Made by a program: the position numbers and the translations under genes
In this document: piece by piece, positions 8,461 through 15,803 of the stretch
Layout of the letters: the number at the start of each line of letters is the position of its first letter
Numbering within the stretch: position 1 is the first letter of the stretch
Notes under the pieces: generated by a model
Databases searched by the model: none
Told to the model about the DNA's origin: nothing
The model's input: the letters and a program-made list of their open reading frames with translations, nothing else
Assembly (NCBI RefSeq): GCF_025699255.1
Contig: NZ_JAILWA010000002.1
Span: 99,985 to 131,984, forward strand
Direction: 5' to 3'
Length of the DNA: 32,000 nucleotides
DNA from: Nitrosopumilus sp.
GTDB taxonomy: Archaea; Thermoproteota; Nitrososphaeria; Nitrososphaerales; Nitrosopumilaceae

Positions 8461-8595
8461 AAATGGAAAATGTGAACCCACAAAATAATTCACACACTTA
8501 AAAAAATGAAAATGAAAACCATTTTGAAAAATAAAAATGAATGAGGAAAATGGTTTTATGTAAAATGACAGGATATATCATTTTTTATAGAAATG
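8461..8595 (+). repeat. iteron-like cluster of same-strand AAATG/AAAATGRAA motifs
   Basis: Eight AAATG copies on one strand start at 8461, 8468, 8504, 8510, 8535, 8548, 8563 and 8591. Three inverted CATTT copies lie nearby. Confidence 0.5.
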
Positions 8596-8636
8596 GAATG
8601 ATCAGAATAATGTCCGATGGTGTGGATCCCTTAAGT

Positions 8637-8815
8637 CATTCTGAACAAATTTCTTAGGCTTTTCATGCTGTCGGACATTGACATTACAAGAAATAACGAT
8701 ATTGTGAAAAATTGTACAAATCAACTCCAAATTGACGCTTAATGCATCATTTTGAGGCAACATTGTATCCGTAAGATTTTAAAACTAACATGAGAATCAT
8801 TTTTTGTTCAGAATG
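8637..8815. repeat. perfect 13-bp inverted repeat CATTCTGAACAAA (8637-8649) / TTTGTTCAGAATG (8803-8815)
   Basis: Read directly. It is part of a set of TCAGAATG/CATTCTGA sites upstream of the integrase. Confidence 0.7.
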
Positions 8816-8880
8816 GCATTGGGAATGAGTCTAAATCAATTCGTATCAAATCACGATACAATCAATTCCATTCTGAGGGA

Positions 8881-10242
8881 GTGGAATACTTGGTCAATAT
8901 ACTAAATGCAAAAATTCCATCCTCTCATTCAAGATTTGATGACAATGTTACACCAAAAATAGATATTCAGAATGAAATTTTGAAATTATTAAAAATAAAA
9001 CCTCACACACCTACTGAACTAGCAAATCATTTTCATCAAACAAGAGAACAATTTTCAAAAAGTCATATCTATCCTCTACGAGATTCTAAAAAAATTGAAA
9101 AGGTTAATGGCTCTCATTATTATCAATTAGCAAAGCAAAAAAATACAATTCTTACAATTCAAAAACAGTTACGCTCAGAATCAGATATTTTCAAGACAGA
9201 GTTATTCAAAAATTGGACTAGAAAAAACCATGCCAAATTTGAACATAACAATCAGACACGTTTTGCTAGAATTGTACTGGGGTTTGTGACTCCAAAATTC
9301 AAAATTCATCCTGATGACATTACCAAAGAAAACTGGAAAGAAATCATTCCAAGTATGGTTGATGCCTTAATAGAAGTTGCAAATTATGAAGTAGTAGATG
9401 GTGAACCAAACTGGTCAAACAGACAGGCAATAAGACACGCCCTAAAATATGGACTTGGAATAGACATTAGTAAAGACGAAGGAATTGAATTAAGAATAAG
9501 CGGACAGAAACCAAAAGAAAAATCATCAGATTTGCACATCACACCTGAACAAATCACACAAGCTAAAAAATTACTGTTGAAACATTATTCCATTGAAGAC
9601 TATCTAAAATTTGGAGTCAAGACATGGACTTTTGTCAGACCATCAACAGTTTATTTAATAGAATTGGCAAAAATGGAGTTCATTGATCAGTTAGTTGAAT
9701 ATGTGGAAGATACAGACGGTGTAAAATTAACCGATGAAAAAGTTGTAGCATATGCAAAATTTAGAGGTGATAAAATCTACTCTTATGTTAGAAGAATATG
9801 CCACATTGAAGTCCATGAAAACAAAACCCATGATGATTTTGATAAATACATTTTGGATTCTGAATTTGTTGAACCATTAGAACAATTTTACAATACCAGA
9901 GTATCTAGAGGAAAAAAATATCTATTTTGGGAAGATAATGATACTAAATTTGAATCTAAAACATATGATAGAATTTTGACTAGTTCAGTAGCTCGAGATA
10001 ACAAATTTTTCAAAAAAATTCTATCTATGATAGGTTTTAAGAAATCAGATTTTGGAATTTATTTTAGAGCCAATTATGGTTTTAGACATTTCGGAATCCA
10101 GATGTGGCTTATTGCAACTGACTACAATTACAATTTAGTTTCTGAAATGTCTCATGAAGGTACTGAAACCTTGAAAAAATGGTACGGAAAAAGAACACAG
10201 AAGGATTTCCAGAGAAAAATTAAAGGTGTGATTATGAATTGA
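8881..10242 (+). CDS. int: tyrosine recombinase / integrase with N-terminal winged-helix region
   Basis: Catalytic-domain pattern seen by eye: FVRPSTVYLIELAKMEF (Arg box), VHENKTHDDFDKYI (beta-hairpin Lys), NYGFRHFGIQMWL (x-x-x-R-H box) and MSHEGTETLKKWYGK (His...Tyr nucleophile). There is no in-frame ATG near the 5' end, so the GTG at 8881 is the likely start. Confidence 0.8.
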   Translation: MEYLVNILNAKIPSSHSRFDDNVTPKIDIQNEILKLLKIKPHTPTELANHFHQTREQFSKSHIYPLRDSKKIEKVNGSHYYQLAKQKNTILTIQKQLRSESDIFKTELFKNWTRKNHAKFEHNNQTRFARIVLGFVTPKFKIHPDDITKENWKEIIPSMVDALIEVANYEVVDGEPNWSNRQAIRHALKYGLGIDISKDEGIELRISGQKPKEKSSDLHITPEQITQAKKLLLKHYSIEDYLKFGVKTWTFVRPSTVYLIELAKMEFIDQLVEYVEDTDGVKLTDEKVVAYAKFRGDKIYSYVRRICHIEVHENKTHDDFDKYILDSEFVEPLEQFYNTRVSRGKKYLFWEDNDTKFESKTYDRILTSSVARDNKFFKKILSMIGFKKSDFGIYFRANYGFRHFGIQMWLIATDYNYNLVSEMSHEGTETLKKWYGKRTQKDFQRKIKGVIMN

Positions 10243-10326
10243 TGATAATCTTTTATTATTAATTGTCAAAATTTGGTTCAATTTTAGTTGGGAGCACGTT
10301 GAAGGGGGGGATATAGTTAGGGACGA

Positions 10327-10342
10327 AGATTTTGCACTAAAT
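10327..10342 (+). promoter_or_regulatory. 16-nt motif AGATTTTGCACTAAAT, copy 1
   Basis: 15/16 identical to 11407-11422. It ends 68 nt before the ATG at 10411. Confidence 0.55.
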
Positions 10343-10410
10343 CCTAAAATTCAGAATTATGAGAAATCATCTAAAGAATATCTTAAATTATTAACAGAAT
10401 ACTATGAAAT

Positions 10411-11400
10411 ATGTCTGAAGATAAAAAAATTAACATCAAAGACTACTTGCCTAAAAGAAATCCTGATTCCAAATTATGGAATAAAGTTCAACAACTATCT
10501 AAGAAAGAGGATGGAGTGATTGAAGCCATAGACATAATTTTCAAGCAACAGTATGAACTACCAGAAGACAGCATAGAATTAATAAAAAAACTTGCTAAAA
10601 AAGAACAATCAAAAAATGTGAGACTACACATCGCAAAAAATCTTGAAAAATATGATCACATTCCATTTGGTATGTATGCAGATCTGTTTGACATTCTTTC
10701 AAATGATCCTGATCATGAGGTACAAGAACCCCTTAAAAATACGTCATTATACAAACTTGGAGAAAGTTTTCTAGATGGGTTTAAAAAAATACAGCCAGAA
10801 TCACTTACAAATTCACTGAAATTACTCTCACAAAAACAGGAAGAGGTAACAAACGCACTTCAGCCTTTCTTAAAAATTCATGATACTAAAATGGTGAAAC
10901 AAATTACTCAGATGCAAAAAGTGTTAGAAACAATAAACTTAGACAAAATCAAAATCCCAAAGATTTCGTTTGATATTGATAATGCATTACTAAAAGAGTT
11001 AGAAAAATCTAAACCTGAAGGATTTAGTGTTGATACTATACTTACAAAAGCTGCTGAGGCTAAACCCGAAATCAAAGAAGCAGTAGAATCAAAAAACAAT
11101 ATAGAGATAGCTCATAAAACATTAGATGACGTATCTGATCAAATAGAATCATTACAAAAAACTACTGAAAGAAATTTCAAAGATGTAGGAGACAAACAAG
11201 AAGAGCACCATACAGAACAGATGGCTGAGCATCAAAAAACTCGTGATGAATTATTGATAGACAATGGTAAATTACAAGAAAAAGTTGACACACTACAAGA
11301 AAAAGTCCAGAACAGTTGGAAAGAACCACGAAATTGGTCTATAGGATTTGCCATTTCCATAATAGCAAGTCTAGTAATATGGGCAATACAGAGTTTTTAG
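10411..11400 (+). CDS. hypothetical HEAT-like / coiled-coil protein with C-terminal membrane anchor
   Basis: 329-aa ORF with HEAT-like segments (VRLHIAKNLEKY, LSNDPDHEVQE) and a long K/E/Q-rich helical region. The C-terminal hydrophobic helix is WSIGFAISIIASLVIWAIQSF. Confidence 0.65.
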   Translation: MSEDKKINIKDYLPKRNPDSKLWNKVQQLSKKEDGVIEAIDIIFKQQYELPEDSIELIKKLAKKEQSKNVRLHIAKNLEKYDHIPFGMYADLFDILSNDPDHEVQEPLKNTSLYKLGESFLDGFKKIQPESLTNSLKLLSQKQEEVTNALQPFLKIHDTKMVKQITQMQKVLETINLDKIKIPKISFDIDNALLKELEKSKPEGFSVDTILTKAAEAKPEIKEAVESKNNIEIAHKTLDDVSDQIESLQKTTERNFKDVGDKQEEHHTEQMAEHQKTRDELLIDNGKLQEKVDTLQEKVQNSWKEPRNWSIGFAISIIASLVIWAIQSF

Positions 11401-11406
11401 TCGCTC

Positions 11407-11422
11407 AGATTTTGCGCTAAAT
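11407..11422 (+). promoter_or_regulatory. 16-nt motif AGATTTTGCGCTAAAT, copy 2
   Basis: 15/16 identical to 10327-10342. It ends 69 nt before the ATG at 11492. Confidence 0.55.
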
Positions 11423-11491
11423 ATGTAAATAAAAAATGAGGATTTGGTATGTCTAGATAAAATTTTATTCTCAAGTTCTTGGAAAAAAACA

Positions 11492-12595
11492 ATGAGAGAG
11501 AAAATAGAAGTAGAGATTTTATGGACATTGAAATCCTCCCCTTCTCATGTTTTGAGTACTTTGGACATGGTTGAGAAAAATAATCGATTAGAAATTAATG
11601 ATGATTTAAAAGAAAAACTTCGATTCTTAGCTGAAGAAAAAATCATCGACACGCGAGTTATTCAAGGAAGAGGAATACATTATCTTATCACAAAAAAAGG
11701 GAATGATTTGATTTGGAATGGTTCAACTTGGCAACAAATTTTTAATTTAATTAATTTGATTCATCCAGAAAAATATACGGGTAAAGAAATAGTCAGAATA
11801 ATCAAAAAACCTGAAGAGGAAGTGTGGAAAGGAATTGAATATTTGAGAAATGTTCGCAAGTATATTGATGCTTTTGATGAAAACAATGAACGATATTGGA
11901 TCCTTTCAGAAAAAGGGGAAGAACACTCTATTGATAAAAATACTAAAAACTTGGATGAAAACATTAATCCTGAAAAAGAATATCAAAATGGAAAATCAAT
12001 ACATACACACATCTCTCAAAATCCAAAAAGTTATTGGAATGAACACAAACCGATGATCTTACTTTCCATATTCATTACCATTGGTGGAGGTCTTTTGGTA
12101 GGAGGATTTTTTTATTATTTGGCATTATATGACGAAGAATCAGATATTTCCAAACCAGAAATTCAGGTAACTGATTTGAATGCACTTGGAGGGATTGTTG
12201 AAGGAAACAAACTGTATTATTCATACGAACCTACAAGTTTAACTCCAAACGGAACCAAAGATGAAATATTTACCCTCAAAATATCAAATACTGGAAAAGC
12301 CAATGCTGATGATTTTTGGATAGATATGTATTCTGAGCCTCAGGGTTTGTGGTTTGATTTCCAAACTTCAGCAACAATCCAAGACGGTAACAGCATACCG
12401 TGTCAACAAAAAAAGTCGTATTGTACTATTGGATTAGTACCCAAAGAATCTAGCAATATGTTTGTGGAGTACAAAGTCCAGTTTAATCATAAATTATATC
12501 AAGAAATTGCAGATGAAAATCCAAGATTATTTTTCAATTATGGTTTTGATGAGGGACAGGAACAAACTATTGAAATAATTTTGAAATTTGATTAA
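11492..12595 (+). CDS. hypothetical membrane-tethered protein with two winged-helix-like N-terminal modules, one TM helix and a beta-rich C-terminal domain
   Basis: The ORF track starts at TTG 11444, but the first ATG (11492, MREKIEVEILW) is more plausible. wHTH-like segments are EILWTLKSSPSHVLST...IHYLITKKG and TGKEIVRIIKKPEEEVWKGIEYL...YWILSEKG. The TM helix is MILLSIFITIGGGLLVGGFFYYLALY. Confidence 0.65.
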   Translation: MREKIEVEILWTLKSSPSHVLSTLDMVEKNNRLEINDDLKEKLRFLAEEKIIDTRVIQGRGIHYLITKKGNDLIWNGSTWQQIFNLINLIHPEKYTGKEIVRIIKKPEEEVWKGIEYLRNVRKYIDAFDENNERYWILSEKGEEHSIDKNTKNLDENINPEKEYQNGKSIHTHISQNPKSYWNEHKPMILLSIFITIGGGLLVGGFFYYLALYDEESDISKPEIQVTDLNALGGIVEGNKLYYSYEPTSLTPNGTKDEIFTLKISNTGKANADDFWIDMYSEPQGLWFDFQTSATIQDGNSIPCQQKKSYCTIGLVPKESSNMFVEYKVQFNHKLYQEIADENPRLFFNYGFDEGQEQTIEIILKFD

Positions 12596-12662
12596 TACTT
12601 AGGTTTAGCATACTATTTGACATAACCTTCTCTTTAAGAAGAAGAACGGGTTTCATTTCATA

Positions 12663-13697
12663 TTGGATGAAATTGAAGAAAGCGAATGGTATTTGCTACA
12701 AAACTATCGTGAGCGAATTTTGCCATTAAGGGGAATTCTTCTAAATCTTGATTTTACATCCATTGAAAAATATGATGAGGGTACTTTGGAACTCTTTATT
12801 CGTGGTGGAAAAAAGAAAATTAAATTCAATGAAGAATCTGAAAAACAATTCAAATCGATCATACAAACCGACATTATTTCTAAACTGATGATGTTGGTAG
12901 AAGATGCAGTTATTTTTATGGAATCACGAAGACGAAATGTCAGTTTTTACAGTATTGTTACAAATTCGGACATAGATGTAGGACTTGTGATCAAAGAATT
13001 TTTTGAAAATCTTGAGAAATTATCCACAAATGAACTATGGGAAATAATGAGTTATGTTGACGTCAATTCCACAAATTGGGAAACTTCTGAAGATGCACGT
13101 CTAGTTGAAAAGTATCTTACAATCAACATCTCTGAAATGCGTCGATTGTTATCAGAACTAAAAGAATTTAGCACTACTAATCACCCTCTGTTTAAAAGAT
13201 TCAAGCATGCAGGATTTCCTGTATTTCCAGCTGTGAACTCTCCCAAATCACTTGATTTTATGAAAAATTTTGATCATTGCTCAGCTGTACTTATGAAAGA
13301 AAATATTTTGGATGATGTTGTGTATGTTCCATATTCTGATGATGTAATTAAATCATATCACATTATTGCATCAGGACTTCAAAAGATCATTCATGACATA
13401 GTAAATAACAGAATAATTACAATTGAACGACAAACCAGTGGAATGTTGCCAAACGTTTCGCATGATTCAGAAAAACTCAGTGTTGAAGAATGGAATAGAT
13501 ATGGTGAAATTAGAAAAAAATTTTATGAGCAAAACCCATTACGAAATGATCTTCCTAGAACTCTCAATTTGCCAAAACCTGATAAAGAAAATATGAAGTG
13601 GTATTGTGGATTAGATGATTTCTTAACTAGAAGTATTCAGTTTAAGGAATCTCAAAACAAAGAGATGTACAGGTTAAATGCCTCTACTGATTATTGA
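12663..13697 (+). CDS. hypothetical protein (344 aa, no recognisable domain)
   Basis: Long uninterrupted ORF with a coding-like composition. It needs a TTG start because there is no early in-frame ATG. Confidence 0.6.
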   Translation: MDEIEESEWYLLQNYRERILPLRGILLNLDFTSIEKYDEGTLELFIRGGKKKIKFNEESEKQFKSIIQTDIISKLMMLVEDAVIFMESRRRNVSFYSIVTNSDIDVGLVIKEFFENLEKLSTNELWEIMSYVDVNSTNWETSEDARLVEKYLTINISEMRRLLSELKEFSTTNHPLFKRFKHAGFPVFPAVNSPKSLDFMKNFDHCSAVLMKENILDDVVYVPYSDDVIKSYHIIASGLQKIIHDIVNNRIITIERQTSGMLPNVSHDSEKLSVEEWNRYGEIRKKFYEQNPLRNDLPRTLNLPKPDKENMKWYCGLDDFLTRSIQFKESQNKEMYRLNASTDY

Positions 13698-13706
13698 CGA
13701 GGTATT

Positions 13707-13928
13707 TCACACTAGATCCAATAGTTTTTTCAAAGTTTTTTCTTTTAACTTCAGTGGAATTTTATATTCTAACTTCTTTTTGAGATAAAAAAACATTCTT
13801 CTAGAAATTCCAAGTTCCAATGCTTTCTCCAAAGTTAATTCCTCAATTATTTCTCGCAATCTCTTTTGAAAATTCACATACTGAATGGTATTTTCTTTGA
13901 ATGCTCCCAATACCTCAGATTGCTCCAT
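13707..13928 (-). CDS. small helix-turn-helix-like protein
   Basis: 73 aa. LEKALELGISRRMFFYLKKKLE resembles an HTH DNA-binding segment. The frame stays open for a further 37 codons upstream without a start codon. Confidence 0.5.
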   Translation of the reverse strand: MEQSEVLGAFKENTIQYVNFQKRLREIIEELTLEKALELGISRRMFFYLKKKLEYKIPLKLKEKTLKKLLDLV

Positions 13929-14022
13929 CTCGTTTGATTCCTTACCAATATAATGAATTGAAGATTCATCAATTTCAAGCCATTTTCTACTTAAAAGCCA
14001 GATTTCACCGTCTGATTTGGTA

Positions 14023-14187
14023 TCATTGTGCCTGACATACTCTGAAAATACTTAATTCATAGGCTTCCAGTATTCCTTTGAATCCATAGAATCTTTGTTT
14101 GGATAGCTTCTCCCTGTTTTGTACTCTAGAAATTCTTGGTATTGTACTAGATCCATTTTGTGGTTTTGGCGGATTTGAAAAATTCAT
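14023..14187 (-). CDS. small ORF (54 aa), possibly the N-terminal part of a frameshifted gene continuing into 13707-13928
   Basis: Hand translation gives MNFSNPPKPQNGSSTIPRISRVQNREKLSKQRFYGFKGILEAYELSIFRVCQAQ. Its 3' end overlaps the open upstream extension of the HTH ORF in another frame. Confidence 0.3.
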   Translation of the reverse strand: MNFSNPPKPQNGSSTIPRISRVQNREKLSKQRFYGFKGILEAYELSIFRVCQAQ

Positions 14188-14303
14188 AATTTAATCGTCC
14201 TTTTAAGTCAGAATTACCATGTTATATTGAGACGCAAGATCATGACCGTCACGTCATAGAATCTTGTCAAGTGTGACGGCTTGTGTTTCTTTTTTAAAAA
14301 AAA

Positions 14304-14435
14304 TTATTGTGGTACAAATGTTTGGCATTCGCACACTAATCCATTAGGCAATGTCTTTGAACATTTACCTTCAGCAGGATGATCTTTTCTGAAATGTTCA
14401 CAACTTGTATTGTCGCATATGTCGTAATCTCCCAT
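14304..14435 (-). CDS. Cys-rich micro-protein (43 aa)
   Basis: Hand translation gives MGDYDICDNTSCEHFRKDHPAEGKCSKTLPNGLVCECQTFVPQ. It has five Cys plus His residues, and a T-run follows the stop codon. Confidence 0.4.
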   Translation of the reverse strand: MGDYDICDNTSCEHFRKDHPAEGKCSKTLPNGLVCECQTFVPQ

Positions 14436-14875
14436 ATTTTGTCAATTCTTATCTTTAGATTTTAATCTGGGGCATGATACAATAACCCGATCAAATAGAG
14501 ATCTGTTAGATGTAGCATTATGAACCCTGATTCTGTTAACTAATCTTTGAGATAACTAGGATCCAAGGAAATTGAGCATTTGGATACCTTTGAGTGAGAT
14601 AACAGTTTATTCATAAAATATTTGGAGAAAAGAAACACTACACTAAAAATCACAATTATTCAAAACAAGATTTCAGATATTGGTAAAATCAAACCTAAAA
14701 TAAAACAGATTGATCTTAATGCAGACAGAAATAGAATGTGGCTTGATAAAATTAGAAATATAAATAACAAAAAGCTTGATTGATTCATACCGATTACAGT
14801 CAATCATTTTAATTTGAATATAATGTAACAAAAAATGAAATAAATAACTTATACTAGTTTTATGACAAACATTTT

Positions 14876-15781
14876 ATGAATAAAATGAATTTAGTCATTC
14901 TGATTTTTTTGTCTGTTTTTAATATGATTGGAATCTTTCCTACAATTGATGCACAAATCCTAGAACCTGAATGTATTAATCCAGATGGAAAACGTGAATT
15001 AGATTTGAGATTTGATACAGGAGTTCAGGAATTTAATGAATTAACAAAAGAATCCGTACTGACTTTGGATTGGAGACTAAAAGATGGTTTTGGAATATCA
15101 AAACCATTTGATGTTGTTTCACGAGTACATCCTGGTAGTGGGGCATCCATATACAATGTTACTGCTGCTCATGAAGGTGCAGATTATTCAATAACTGTTA
15201 GAGATACAGAGCATCATATCAATCCATTACATGTTGTTCCTGAACATCTTTGGCCTTTTGAATCCTATAGCATCCCTGCATTTTTGGAAATTAATGATGA
15301 TGTGAAACTATGTGGATGGGATTTTGAAGGCCATAAATTTGGATTTTTTGCAGAAAATCCAAACTGGAAAGTCACATTAATTGCCTCTGAAAGCTCATTT
15401 GAAGAAATGTCAAAAATATTAGAAGGGGGAAGACCAAGATTTGAAAACAATACCATCGTGAAATTTGATACTCAAATTTCACATAGTGATGAATACATTT
15501 CAAAATATTTTCTGTATGGCATTATTCCATTCTTCCCAATGTTGTTAATCTTTGCACATTTCAAATATCTACGTCATGAAAGACCAATTTTACAAATTAC
15601 CTATTTTACAGGAGTTTCGGTGTTGATTTTGACCGGATTAATTGCAGTAGGTTCAACCATTGTTTCACTAACTCTATTAGAGATCATCACTCTTTCTAGT
15701 ATCCCTGTTTACATTGTATCATTTGTAATTACATTAAGAAAAGTAGTTAAAAAGAAAAATTTTGAAAAGGCACATTTTTGA
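14876..15781 (+). CDS. hypothetical secreted/membrane protein (signal peptide, ~190-aa extracytoplasmic domain, C-terminal TM helices)
   Basis: The signal-like N-terminus is MNLVILIFLSVFNMIGIFPTIDAQ. C-terminal hydrophobic helices include YGIIPFFPMLLIFAHF, ITYFTGVSVLILTGLIAVGSTIV and ITLSSIPVYIVSFVITL. Confidence 0.7.
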   Translation: MNKMNLVILIFLSVFNMIGIFPTIDAQILEPECINPDGKRELDLRFDTGVQEFNELTKESVLTLDWRLKDGFGISKPFDVVSRVHPGSGASIYNVTAAHEGADYSITVRDTEHHINPLHVVPEHLWPFESYSIPAFLEINDDVKLCGWDFEGHKFGFFAENPNWKVTLIASESSFEEMSKILEGGRPRFENNTIVKFDTQISHSDEYISKYFLYGIIPFFPMLLIFAHFKYLRHERPILQITYFTGVSVLILTGLIAVGSTIVSLTLLEIITLSSIPVYIVSFVITLRKVVKKKNFEKAHF

Positions 15782-15803
15782 ATGAGATGTAAAATTATGA
15801 AAT

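Noticed and set aside
8301-8501. 66-aa ORF in the island's left non-coding region
   Set aside because: The translation is hydrophobic and low-complexity (FFVNTYICKITIFYF), derived from an A/T-rich repeat region. It is more likely a cis-acting region than a gene.
8794-8880. Idea that the integrase is an SSV-type split gene because its frame is open upstream of the GTG with no ATG
   Set aside because: The ORF contains both the N-terminal wHTH-like part and the full catalytic domain. No tRNA-derived sequence is embedded in its 5' region, and no int fragment is visible next to the tRNA.
8210-8880. Search for a duplicated 3' fragment of tRNA-Ala at the far end of the island (the classical att duplicate)
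   Set aside because: By eye I found no stretch longer than 6 nt matching the tRNA (only GGCATT and GGGAAT). Only the 10-bp repeat outside the tRNA body is reported, at low confidence.
10243-10310. A TGATGA box after the integrase stop as a possible C/D-box sRNA, and a G7 run at 10304-10310
   Set aside because: No CTGA D box lies at a suitable distance and there are no terminal pairings. The G7 run is unusual for this AT-rich sequence, but on its own it supports no function.
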